From: an uncultured bacterium
GTDB taxonomy: Bacteria; Patescibacteriota; Minisyncoccia; Phycocordibacterales; GWA1-40-21
DNA: 64,000 bases
Direction of reading: 5' to 3'
Assembly (NCBI GenBank): GCA_903832855.1
Contig: CAILDB010000014.1
Coordinates: 64,144-128,143 of the forward strand
In this document: positions 19,641-28,981 of the stretch, piece after piece
Layout: each line of letters begins with the position of its first letter
Position numbering within the stretch: the first letter of the stretch is position 1
The notes under the pieces: model-generated
What the model was told of the DNA's origin: nothing
The model's database searches: none
Seen by the model: only the letters and a program-made list of their open reading frames with translations
Translations under genes and position numbers: made by a program

Positions 19641-20468
19641 TTAAACAATCATTTCGGCTTTGATTGACGGATGATGTTCGTAATCAACGAGCTTGATATC
19701 GTCCATCGTGAACTTGTCAAGGTCCTTGACATCTGGATTGAGCCAGAGTTTTGGGAGCTTCATTGGTTCACGAGAGAGCTGTTCTTTCACTGCATCAAAA
19801 TGCTCGTGATAGATGTGAGCGTCATTGAGTGTAATGACAAACTCATGAGGTGTCATACCGACTACCTGCGCCACCATTGCGAGTAGCAGAGCATAGGAAG
19901 CGATGTTGAAGGGAACTCCCAAGAACATATCGCAACTACGCTGTGTCATATGCAAAGACAACTTTCCGTTCGCAGCAAAGAATTGACAGATCATATGACA
20001 AGGTGGCAAAGCCATCTCATCAAGTTCACCAGGATTCCATGCTGTGACGACAAGTCGTCTGTCATTTGGATCAGCTTTCAGTTTGTTTATCAGATTTGCA
20101 ATTTGGTCCACTTCCGTGCCGTTAGGTTTTCTCCAATGCCTCCATTGGACACCATATACACGACCGAGATCGCCTGGAAATTTTGCTTTTGGCTTCCAGT
20201 AAGGAGCCTCGGCATTGTCTGTCCAGATGGTGTGGTCTTTGCCCATGATTTCTTTCAGGCGTGCATCACTGTCGCTACCTTCCAGAAACCATAGCAATTC
20301 GCCCTTAACTCCATTGAATGCCAGTTGCTTGGTAGTTACGGCTGGAAAGCCTTCTTCCAAATTGAAACGCATTTGAATCGCAAAGCACGCTCTCGTCACG
20401 GCATTTCTGCCTTTACGATCAACGCCTTCGCTCAAAATCTTTTTCAAAACATCATTATATATTTTCAT
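19641..20468 (-). CDS. thyA: Thymidylate synthase (ThyA)
   Basis: LAFNGVKGELLWFL and active-site PPCH motifs; cotranscribed with folA. Confidence 0.9.
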   Translation of the reverse strand: MKIYNDVLKKILSEGVDRKGRNAVTRACFAIQMRFNLEEGFPAVTTKQLAFNGVKGELLWFLEGSDSDARLKEIMGKDHTIWTDNAEAPYWKPKAKFPGDLGRVYGVQWRHWRKPNGTEVDQIANLINKLKADPNDRRLVVTAWNPGELDEMALPPCHMICQFFAANGKLSLHMTQRSCDMFLGVPFNIASYALLLAMVAQVVGMTPHEFVITLNDAHIYHEHFDAVKEQLSREPMKLPKLWLNPDVKDLDKFTMDDIKLVDYEHHPSIKAEMIV

Positions 20469-20579
20469 ATGTTTACCTTTCTTTGTTTGTTAAAGACCAT
20501 TTGGTCTATGTTTATAATATCTCTTATTTAATAAAAAACAAGCTTGTTATTAGACCAAATTTAATTTAATATTAATCAT

Positions 20580-21842
20580 ATGAAAGATAAACAAATTGAG
20601 AAACTGATAAAAGCAGAAGAAGCGAGGCAGAAAAAAACGATTTCGCTGATTGCTTCGGAAAATTATGTCTCGGATGATGTGCTCAAAGCACTTGGTTCAA
20701 AATTTACAAATAAATATTCGGAAGGTTATCCTGGAAAAAGATATTATAAAGGCCAGACTTACACAGATCAGGTAGAAGAACTTTGCAGAGAGAGGGCGTT
20801 AAAACTTTTTAAACTTTCTCCTGAAAAATGGGCAGTAAATGTTCAGCCACTTTCTGGTTCACCGGCAAATCTTGCTGTGTATGTAGCTCTGGTGCCTGCC
20901 GGTGGAAAAGTAATGGGAATGTCTCTTGATCATGGAGGGCACCTCACTCACGGGCACAAAGTTTCTGCGACAGGGAAATATTGGATGCAGGTGCCTTATG
21001 GAGTAAATAAAAATACGGAAGTTTTGGATTATGATGAATTAAAAAAACTTGCGATTGCCGAAAAACCAGCGATGATAATTGCCGGTTACACTGCATATCC
21101 TAGAATTGTAGATTTCAAAAAATTCAGAGAAATTGCAAATGCGTGTGGCCCCATTAGAACTGACGGGGCAAGCCCTACTTCTAACGGGGCAAGAGCAATA
21201 CTTATGGTAGATATGTCGCATTTTGCCGGACTTGTGGCGGGTGGAGCGTATCCGTCACCATTTGAATATGCAGATGTCGTGACGACCACGGTGCACAAAA
21301 CTTTGCGTGGTCCAAGAAGTGCTTTAATTTTTTCAAGAAAAGATAAAACAAAAACAAGTGTAAAAGGAAATGAAATAAGTTTTTCTGAACTCATAGACAA
21401 AGCTGTTTTCCCAGGACTTCAGGGCGGTCCACATATGAATCAAATTGCTGCCGTAGCTGTGGCTCTGAAAGAAGCGAGTACACCGGCATTTAAAAAATAT
21501 GCAAAACAAGTAATTAAAAATGCAAAAGTTCTTTCTGATGAGCTCAAAAAACTTGGTTGGAAAATTATTTCCGGCGGAACGGATAGTCACCTCATTTTGA
21601 TGGATACTTTTATGAATGGCAAAGGCATGAGCGGAGCTGAGGCGAGCGACAAGCTTGAAAAAGAAGGAATTATCGTAAACAAAAACACTATTCCAAATGA
21701 AACCAGAAGCCCTGTGGATCCTTCAGGAATTCGTCTAGGCACAGCCGGCGAGACGACTCGTGGTGCAAAAGAAAAAGATATGATAAAATTAGCAAAGAGA
21801 ATAGATGGGGTTCTTTTTAGGAAAGGAGGTGATAAATTTTGA
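20580..21842 (+). CDS. glyA: Serine hydroxymethyltransferase
   Basis: PLP lysine region VTTTVHKTLRGPR; carries a ~15-aa GC-rich in-frame insertion (CGPIRTDGASPTSNG). Confidence 0.9.
   Translation: MKDKQIEKLIKAEEARQKKTISLIASENYVSDDVLKALGSKFTNKYSEGYPGKRYYKGQTYTDQVEELCRERALKLFKLSPEKWAVNVQPLSGSPANLAVYVALVPAGGKVMGMSLDHGGHLTHGHKVSATGKYWMQVPYGVNKNTEVLDYDELKKLAIAEKPAMIIAGYTAYPRIVDFKKFREIANACGPIRTDGASPTSNGARAILMVDMSHFAGLVAGGAYPSPFEYADVVTTTVHKTLRGPRSALIFSRKDKTKTSVKGNEISFSELIDKAVFPGLQGGPHMNQIAAVAVALKEASTPAFKKYAKQVIKNAKVLSDELKKLGWKIISGGTDSHLILMDTFMNGKGMSGAEASDKLEKEGIIVNKNTIPNETRSPVDPSGIRLGTAGETTRGAKEKDMIKLAKRIDGVLFRKGGDKF
21144..21195 (+). repeat. GC-rich ~50-nt in-frame insertion in glyA with direct repeat acggggcaag x2
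   Basis: gcgtgtggccccattagaactgacggggcaagccctacttctaacggggcaaga replaces the short conserved loop of SHMT. Confidence 0.4.
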
Positions 21843-21875
21843 TTAGAGTACATCTACCGCAAACAAGGAGATGGT

Positions 21876-22064
21876 ATGAGACCAGAATGGAATTTGGTAG
21901 GCCAAAAAGCAGATGGTTCGGGACTCAACATTTTTTCTTGTTTCAATTGCGAAAGGAGGTGCATGGTCGAAGTTTCTACTTCTAAACACAATGGTTCATG
22001 CATACCGGACCCGGTGGAAAGGGAATTTAGTCGGTTTCAGAGAAAGGAATATGCTGTCTTTTAA
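21876..22064 (+). CDS. Small Cys-containing hypothetical protein
   Basis: Good SD (aaggag) 7 nt upstream; followed by terminator hairpin 22127-22148 + T-run. Confidence 0.3.
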   Translation: MRPEWNLVGQKADGSGLNIFSCFNCERRCMVEVSTSKHNGSCIPDPVEREFSRFQRKEYAVF

Positions 22065-22254
22065 CCCACCACCGCAAGGGAGGGGGTGATCCATATCTCG
22101 CGTGAGATGCACGCGTAGATGCTCTCCCCCCACTGTAAAAGGTGGGGGACTTTTTTATCCGAGTATTAACCCAGTGCATAAATTGACAAATTTTTTCATA
22201 AGCATAAGATATAAATAGATTTGAGTTCTCAATAAAAATGGAAAGGAGCGCAAT

Positions 22255-22491
22255 ATGCGAGAAGGTGTTTTGTTTAAATGTACCGGGAATCTGGATGCAC
22301 ATAAATGTAACGATAGGAAATGCCCCCACAGGAAGGCGCATGTTCCTGGATATGATTGTGGCAACTCGTCGTGCAACAGTGCTAGTCATGTTTGCACAAT
22401 ACCGGGAGTTAAACTGCCTTTTGAGCCAACCGTAGAAAACGGTGGCTTGGTCTCGTGCATTTCAATCGGAGGGAAATGTGATTTCCCATAA
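22255..22491 (+). CDS. Cys-rich small protein (10 Cys), novel HKC..RKCPHR domain
   Basis: SD ggaaaggag upstream and terminator 22493-22535 downstream; homologous to the C-terminal 70 aa of the 41902-42639 DUF1566 protein. Confidence 0.5.
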   Translation: MREGVLFKCTGNLDAHKCNDRKCPHRKAHVPGYDCGNSSCNSASHVCTIPGVKLPFEPTVENGGLVSCISIGGKCDFP

Positions 22492-22544
22492 ATGACTCTG
22501 GCACACTCAGGTGTGCCGAGTCATTTTTTTTTGCAAAGAAAAAA

Positions 22545-22568
22545 CCCGCTGTTTTTGCAAACAGCGGG
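22545..22568 (-). terminator. Terminator for minus-strand NMO gene
   Basis: cccgctgttt-ttgc-aaacagcggg flanked by an A-run (T-run on the minus strand). Confidence 0.6.
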
Positions 22569-22575
22569 CTCATTT

Positions 22576-23646
22576 CTATCCCTCAACCAACTCCTTCATT
22601 AGCTCGGCGACGGAAATGATTTTTTTGATACGATAAGCATTACTGCCGACCGTAAACATTGGAGGTTCACTTGGGGCCATACCTACGGCCGCCCTGAGTG
22701 CATCACAGATACAGAAGTAATCCTTGTTTAAGGGATTATTGGGAGCAGCTTTGCAGACCGTGTATCTGCCTTCGCTGTCTTTTCCCAAAACATAACCCAT
22801 CCTACATTTCGGATGACGCGTCCCTTGACACATTTCCAAATATGCAGGAGAGCCCCTCAGTATCCGAAAAGGGAAACCACAAGGTGAACTTGGCACCACT
22901 ATGATGTCCTCTTCTGTTGAACTAACAATTTGCTGTTTGAATTCCTCCGTTGCTGAACTTTCAAAAGTGGCTAGAAATCTCGTCGCCATTTGGACACCAC
23001 TTGCCCCCATTTCTAGGAACCTTATGATGTCTTCATGAGTATATATTCCACCAGCCACAATGACTGGGATATTTCCATTTTCCGAAGCCACCTTCAGAAC
23101 TTCCGGCAAGATGTTTTCCAGAGCAAACTCCGGTTTGTAGACATCTTCCAGATGAAAACCCAAATGTCCTCCAGCCATCGGACCTTCTAGAACCACTGCG
23201 TCTGGCCGATGTCGCCAGCGTCGCAGAATTATGTTTAAGGTTCGAGCCGAAGAGGCAATGAGTATCTGAGCTGTATCTCCAGAGTCGGCGATTAGTTTGG
23301 GAACACCCGCTCCCAAAAAGACCGCAGTAACCTTGGCATCTATCGCAGCTCGGATTGTTTCGTCGTAACTCTCGTCGAGAATTCGCATTATGTTGATGCC
23401 GACGAGATAGCCGTCTGCCATCGCGGTTTCAATTTCTTCTCTGACCGCTTCGTAGGTAGTGTACGGCTTTTTGTTTCTCAAAGCGTAAAGGTCTTTCAAC
23501 CCTGCGCTTGAAAGAACGCCGAGACCACCTGTGCGGAAGACCGCTCTCGTCAGCGGGGTTCCAGACACCCCGGCACCCATTCCACCTTGTATGATGCAAT
23601 AGGGCAGTTCAAAATTCTTGATTCTCAATCCAGGAATCGTGTTCAT
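22576..23646 (-). CDS. FMN-dependent nitronate monooxygenase / FabK-like (NPD family) with Cys-rich C-terminal extension
   Basis: IIQGGMGAGVS and VLEGPMAGGHLGF motifs; GC-richer than genome. Confidence 0.65.
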   Translation of the reverse strand: MNTIPGLRIKNFELPYCIIQGGMGAGVSGTPLTRAVFRTGGLGVLSSAGLKDLYALRNKKPYTTYEAVREEIETAMADGYLVGINIMRILDESYDETIRAAIDAKVTAVFLGAGVPKLIADSGDTAQILIASSARTLNIILRRWRHRPDAVVLEGPMAGGHLGFHLEDVYKPEFALENILPEVLKVASENGNIPVIVAGGIYTHEDIIRFLEMGASGVQMATRFLATFESSATEEFKQQIVSSTEEDIIVVPSSPCGFPFRILRGSPAYLEMCQGTRHPKCRMGYVLGKDSEGRYTVCKAAPNNPLNKDYFCICDALRAAVGMAPSEPPMFTVGSNAYRIKKIISVAELMKELVEG

Positions 23647-23827
23647 TTGATATTTCCTCCTATAAGTTAAAGAACGCCTTTTCTAAATAAATGATAGCAC
23701 AACTTGGAATTTTTTCCACTTAGTTATTGAAGACAAGAGAGTCGAATTTTTTGCGGCAAAAAATTCGGCTTCAGTTTTGCGTCCCAAACTATTAAATGAT
23801 ATTATGTTTGCATAATTAATTTTTAAA

Positions 23828-26800
23828 GTGAAACGCCAAAATTGTTCTTTTTATATCGCGGGCTTATTTTTTTTGTCTTTTTTTATACTTTTTTCTCCAT
23901 TAAATAATGTTTTTGCAGAAACTGAACTCCACGCTGGAGATGACGGACTTTATCATATCTCCACAGACACAACTTGGACAAAATCTGCTGGGCCTTATGT
24001 TATTTATAACGATGTATCAGTGGATAGTGGATCTATTTTGACTATTGAAGCAGGAACTGAAATTAAGCTCGCGGCTGGTGTTTACATTAATGTTCTTGGA
24101 AAATTGATTGCAAACGGGACGGAAAGTGAAAAAGTTTCTTTCACATCTTTAGATAGTGCTTTACCGTGGGGAGCGGTTTATGCCCTTAACGGAGGAAGCT
24201 ACGAAGTACACAATGCCGATGTATCTTATGCAGACAGCGCTTTTGGTGCTTATCATGGAAATGGTTCTCTAGATTCGGTTAGTGTTCATGACTGTAAGTA
24301 TGGTCTAGACATTACCGATGGTAATTTTGATGTAAAAAATAGCTCTTTTACAAATATGTCTCGTATTGTCGCGGATATTTACGACAATAGCCATCTCTCA
24401 TTCACATCTTCTAGTATAGAAAATCCGGGAAGGAGAGTATTTAGAGTAACTCACGGAAGCACATTAAATCTTTCTGATTTAAGTTTGGATGATGCTCACG
24501 GTGACCAAGTGTTTGAAGTTTACAGGGAAAGCTCTGTGAACGTTGATAATTTATCTGTCAAAAATTTTTACGGATATTCTGTCGCAGAAGTTTATCAAAA
24601 CAGTTTGATAAGTATTACAAATTCAACGATAGAAGATTCAACGACAGGATGGGGAGACGTGATTGAAATTTTTGACAGCAGTCATCTTACTCTCACGAAT
24701 TCTACGATAAAAAATACAATAGGGTGGTCTGCGATAAATGTCGGTGATTGCAGAGATAATTCTAGTTCAACTGTGGACATATCAGATTCGGTGATAGATG
24801 GGGGAACAGAAATGGGGGTGGCACTCATCTGTTCTGTGACGGCAAATATATCAAATACAAAAATTACAAATTTTTTGACTGCTGGGGTGGAATCTCTTAG
24901 TAATCCGGTTATAAGAATTTCGAATAGTGAAATTTCGGGGAATGATAGGGGAATAGAAAGTTATGGTGGGGATGTTGAGATCACAGACAGTATTATTAAA
25001 GATAATTTATCATACGGGATTTATAATTTAGCTTCGTATTATGATTCTTACTATGAGATTTGGGTAGAAAAATTGCCAATAAAAGCCGATGGAAACTGGT
25101 GGGGGGATAAGAGCGGGCCGTTTAATGCAACATTAAACGGCCCCGGCCTCGCAAACCCAGTATCTTCCAACGTTGAATTCTCCCCCTGGCTCAAAAGCGA
25201 CCCAAAAATAAAAAAGAAAAATCCCGTAATAATTATCCCTGGAATTATGGGCACACATATCTCGCAAAATTATGGCGACAACGAAGAACTTTGGCCGAAT
25301 GTTGGTAAACTCCTCGGTTCTTTTACGGATGAATTTTTGAATGATCTCTCATTCAACACTGACGGGACAGAAAACGCCGATTTCCCAATGACTATCGGGG
25401 ATATTGTGCGGAAAGTGGAGCTTGCAGGGCAGACCGTTACAGATACATTTGACGGATTGATTTCGACTTTGATTGCGGACGGATATACCGAAGGCACCGA
25501 CCTTTTTGTTTTTCCGTATGACTGGAGGAAAAGCGATTCTGATGATGCAGTACTTTTGAAAAGTAAAATTGATGAAGTACTCGCGCAGACAGGCGGAAGT
25601 AAGGTGGATATCATCGCTCACTCAATGGGAGGACTCATAGCCTCAAAATATGTTGCCGATAATACTGCAGAAAAAGTTGATAAATTAATTTTCATCGGCA
25701 CACCGCATCTTGGCGCACCGAAGGCATTTAAGGCACTGATGTATGGGGATGATATGGGGATAAAACTTGGAAGTTTGAGCTTTCTTCACCCTCCTGAATT
25801 AAAAAAGATCTCTCAAAATTTTCCTTCCGTTTTTGATTTATTACCAAGCCAAGCATATTCATACAAATATATTTACGATATGACGGCAACTACCAGCAAA
25901 TGGTTGGACTATGACGAGGTAAAAAATTTTATCATCAATCACGGCGGAAACGAATCCCTTTTTTCACAAGCAGAAAGTTTGCACGCAAGCACGGATACTT
26001 TTGATCTATCAGGAGCAGATGTCTACAACTTTTCCGGTTGTGGCACGACCAAAACTATTGGCAGTATGACCGTAAAAAAGAAAAAATCTTGGACATCTCT
26101 CGGCCAAAAGCTTGTAGATGACTATAGTATTGATTATGTAAACGGCGATGAGACAGTTCCTCTTGTCTCCGCAGTCGGCCCGTTTGGTGATCGCAATTAT
26201 TATGTAAAAGGTTTTAAACATTCAGAGCTTCCATCTGCAGACGGCGTTCCTGAAACTATTTTTTCTATTTTGTCTGGCGTCAGTGCCACTACGACATCAA
26301 ATATTTCCAAAAGTGATTTATTTTGTGACATTCCCGGACAAGTTGTCTCCACCCACAGTCCCGTCACATTGGATATTTACGATGACCTAGGCAATCACAC
26401 TGGCCCAGTGGATGGGGGAGATATTGAATATGGAATAGAGGGTGTAAGCTATGACATTGTTGGCACATCTGCTTTTGCATTTCTCCCAGAAGGCAGAAGT
26501 TACAGAATAGTCATTCACGCTACCGACATTGGTGCATATGATTTTTACATTACAAAGCTCGGCACAGGTGGAGGCACAGTGAGCGAAGCGTATTGGAATG
26601 AAATTCCTCTCACAACTTTGTCTACAAATTCAGAAATAAATATTTCTTCTACAAGCACCGAATATGTAATAGAAACAGACCAAGAGGGTGATGGAATTTT
26701 TGAATCAACAACCACTCCTTCATCTATACTTTCTGCCACAACGAGCGAGGATTTAATTTCTCCACAATCCACAAGCACTGTTTCAAATGGTATTGTTTCA

Positions 26801-27373
26801 CTTTCTGCCGTAGACGACAATTCTGGTATTCTAAAAATAGAATATTCTTTTGACGGAAATACTTGGAATTTATACACAAAACCATTTTCTGCATATGGCA
26901 AAACTGTCAGTTATTTTGCAACCGACAATGCCGGAAATATTGAATCATTTCAAACTATTACCATACCCAATTTGGAAGTTGCTATCTCATCTGGTGGAGG
27001 TGGTGGTCCAATAATTCAAATTCCTATCCCCTCTGTCCCTTCTGTCATTCCCGTGCAGACGGGAATCCAGTCTCCTTCCTCTTCATCTCCCTCTGTTCTC
27101 TCTGTCATTCCCGTGACCCACCCCGTGAAATCTGATTTGTATTTCACTGGGGACACGGGAATCCAGTCTTCCTCTTCTCTGTCATCCCGACGCAGGTCGG
27201 GATCCATCCCCTCTGTTGTTCATTCTGTCTTTGCGAGGAGCTCTGCGACGAAGCAATCTACTCCGATCCTCACCGCCTCCGTCATAGACTCCAGAATAAA
27301 TATCCCCTCAATAATCACAACCTTCTTCCACAATCTCTGGTCCCACATATTTTCATTCTTTAAACACTTGTGA
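23828..27373 (+). CDS. Large secreted protein: signal peptide, parallel beta-helix domain, LCAT-like alpha/beta-hydrolase (lipase/phospholipase), Ig-like domains, repeat-encoded C-terminal tail
   Basis: GTG start; signal peptide; hydrolase hallmarks PVIIIPGIMGT, FPYDWRKS (YDWR motif), GxSxG IIAHSMGG and FIGTPHLGAP; C-terminus read through the family-1/2 repeat array. Confidence 0.7.
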   Translation: MKRQNCSFYIAGLFFLSFFILFSPLNNVFAETELHAGDDGLYHISTDTTWTKSAGPYVIYNDVSVDSGSILTIEAGTEIKLAAGVYINVLGKLIANGTESEKVSFTSLDSALPWGAVYALNGGSYEVHNADVSYADSAFGAYHGNGSLDSVSVHDCKYGLDITDGNFDVKNSSFTNMSRIVADIYDNSHLSFTSSSIENPGRRVFRVTHGSTLNLSDLSLDDAHGDQVFEVYRESSVNVDNLSVKNFYGYSVAEVYQNSLISITNSTIEDSTTGWGDVIEIFDSSHLTLTNSTIKNTIGWSAINVGDCRDNSSSTVDISDSVIDGGTEMGVALICSVTANISNTKITNFLTAGVESLSNPVIRISNSEISGNDRGIESYGGDVEITDSIIKDNLSYGIYNLASYYDSYYEIWVEKLPIKADGNWWGDKSGPFNATLNGPGLANPVSSNVEFSPWLKSDPKIKKKNPVIIIPGIMGTHISQNYGDNEELWPNVGKLLGSFTDEFLNDLSFNTDGTENADFPMTIGDIVRKVELAGQTVTDTFDGLISTLIADGYTEGTDLFVFPYDWRKSDSDDAVLLKSKIDEVLAQTGGSKVDIIAHSMGGLIASKYVADNTAEKVDKLIFIGTPHLGAPKAFKALMYGDDMGIKLGSLSFLHPPELKKISQNFPSVFDLLPSQAYSYKYIYDMTATTSKWLDYDEVKNFIINHGGNESLFSQAESLHASTDTFDLSGADVYNFSGCGTTKTIGSMTVKKKKSWTSLGQKLVDDYSIDYVNGDETVPLVSAVGPFGDRNYYVKGFKHSELPSADGVPETIFSILSGVSATTTSNISKSDLFCDIPGQVVSTHSPVTLDIYDDLGNHTGPVDGGDIEYGIEGVSYDIVGTSAFAFLPEGRSYRIVIHATDIGAYDFYITKLGTGGGTVSEAYWNEIPLTTLSTNSEINISSTSTEYVIETDQEGDGIFESTTTPSSILSATTSEDLISPQSTSTVSNGIVSLSAVDDNSGILKIEYSFDGNTWNLYTKPFSAYGKTVSYFATDNAGNIESFQTITIPNLEVAISSGGGGGPIIQIPIPSVPSVIPVQTGIQSPSSSSPSVLSVIPVTHPVKSDLYFTGDTGIQSSSSLSSRRRSGSIPSVVHSVFARSSATKQSTPILTASVIDSRINIPSIITTFFHNLWSHIFSFFKHL
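27027..27270 (+). repeat. Tandem array of three family-1 units plus a partial family-2 unit forming the 3' end of the 23828 gene
   Basis: Units at 27044-27068, 27104-27164 (with nested ccccgtgaaat hairpin) and 27181-27205; gtctttgcgagg...gaagcaatc at 27227-27269. Confidence 0.75.
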
Positions 27374-27393
27374 TAAAATAATAATCAATTCAA

Positions 27394-27738
27394 ATGCAAT
27401 CAATTCGAAACTTTTTTCATACAGACACTTGGTGGGGTAAAACAATTTTTATTGTTTTAATTTACGCACTTTATTGGTGTGTGTTTTATGGAAGTTGGCT
27501 TATTGTACCTCGTGAATATTTTGATAAGAACACAGGTCTAAGTGGTATTTTATTTTTGATACTAAATGTGATTATTGTTCCGGCTATTAGCTTTTTCATA
27601 CCACATTTTATCAAAAAACTCTTTCAGATAAACAAATTTTTCTTATATATCCTACACATTTTTCTGATTTTATTTGCACTCGGTTTGTTTCTTTACATAG
27701 GAATATTTATTGCTCTTTCTAACATCCAAATTGGCTAA
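27394..27738 (+). CDS. Small integral membrane protein, hypothetical
   Basis: Three predicted TM helices. Confidence 0.35.
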   Translation: MQSIRNFFHTDTWWGKTIFIVLIYALYWCVFYGSWLIVPREYFDKNTGLSGILFLILNVIIVPAISFFIPHFIKKLFQINKFFLYILHIFLILFALGLFLYIGIFIALSNIQIG

Positions 27739-27855
27739 ATAATTAATTCTTTTTCAAAGATGAGGTCTTGCATCGACTTGCATTTTGTTATTTTAGGTAT
27801 AGATTTTAAGACAGAACGAACTTTTGGAATGACATTTGATTGAAAGGAGAAAGAG

Positions 27856-28065
27856 ATGAGCGAAAGACAGAGGATACACAAGTGGTACATTGAGCCACTT
27901 GATAAGGAGAGGGCTAATGAAACTCTCAGCAAGAACCAGTGGTTCTTGAGTGATGATGATAATAGATTTGATGAAATCGTATGCTCCGATGGCGAGCGAC
28001 ACAATCTGTGGGGATGTCCGGATTATGCCTTTGTTTCCATTTTGGAAAAAAGAAAATCTGAATGA
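27856..28065 (+). CDS. Small hypothetical protein
   Basis: Strong SD aaaggagaaagag upstream; preferred over the overlapping minus-strand ORF. Confidence 0.35.
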   Translation: MSERQRIHKWYIEPLDKERANETLSKNQWFLSDDDNRFDEIVCSDGERHNLWGCPDYAFVSILEKRKSE

Positions 28066-28195
28066 AACACAGTTTTCAAAATCTGGCACCAGATAGGCAA
28101 CGGCCAAATCTGCCCGTGGGAGTTCCCCAAGGGGAAGACTGTGGCGATATCGGTAGGTGTCCCTTCCGATTCGCATTAATGACTCCAGCAGGCCT

Positions 28196-28218
28196 CGGCC
28201 CCGCGTACTCCGCGGGGC
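28196..28218 (+). terminator. GC hairpin terminator (exact reverse complement of the 53578 hairpin)
   Basis: ggccccgcgtactccgcggggcc + tttttc. Confidence 0.55.
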
Positions 28219-28360
28219 CTTTTTCTTGGATAAAATGGGATCAGCCACCATTTTCCTGTTGCAATTCAATGTAACTCAGGTTTGTACTAGTTGTTGCCTA
28301 AATGGATATATGCTATAGTATCTCTAAGTATTCCTAAAAAGCGGAATACTTGAAGATAAT

Positions 28361-28981
28361 ATGCAATTTTTAGACTTAAAGAGCCAATTAAAGGATTTTA
28401 CAGTCTTTTCAATAAAGGATATTGAAAAGGTGGATTTGTCGTTCCATAAGCAGAGATTAAGCGAGTGGCAAAAGAAGGACTATGTGAAGAAGATCCGCCA
28501 AGGATTTTATATATTCTCTGATCTACAAATAAACGAAAAGATTCTATTCACGATTGCCAATCGTATTTACGAACCATCCTACATCTCACTTGAAATGGCT
28601 CTATCTATTTACGGAATTATTCCTGAGGCAGTTTACGGTATAACATCAGTAACATCTCAAAACACAAAGAATATAAAGACCCCAGTCGGCGATTTTATTT
28701 ATAGGCATATTCAGCCGGGCATTATGTTTGGATACGAACTTCGAGAACATGAAGGCCACCATTATCAAATTGCGGAAATAGAAAAGGCAATCTTGGATTA
28801 TTTATATTTCAATTCAAAGATTAGCGATAATGAATCTTTTGAAGGAATGAGATTAAATACTTCTGAATTAAAGGAGAAGATAAATATCGAAAAGTTTGAT
28901 AAGTATTTAGAAGCTTTTCATAATAAGTCTTTAGCTCGTCGGGCAAAGAAGTTTTTAATATATATAAATAACCATGCTTAG
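28361..28981 (+). CDS. Type IV TA / abortive-infection antitoxin AbiEi-like transcriptional regulator
   Basis: AbiEi N-terminal domain pattern (...KDYVKKIRQGFYIF); 8-nt overlap with the downstream AbiEii gene. Confidence 0.55.
   Translation: MQFLDLKSQLKDFTVFSIKDIEKVDLSFHKQRLSEWQKKDYVKKIRQGFYIFSDLQINEKILFTIANRIYEPSYISLEMALSIYGIIPEAVYGITSVTSQNTKNIKTPVGDFIYRHIQPGIMFGYELREHEGHHYQIAEIEKAILDYLYFNSKISDNESFEGMRLNTSELKEKINIEKFDKYLEAFHNKSLARRAKKFLIYINNHA

Noticed and set aside
27793-28269. Minus-strand 158-aa ORF
   Set aside because: It completely overlaps the + strand small ORF, which has a strong SD. It also reads through the repeated GC terminator hairpin. It has low-complexity composition.
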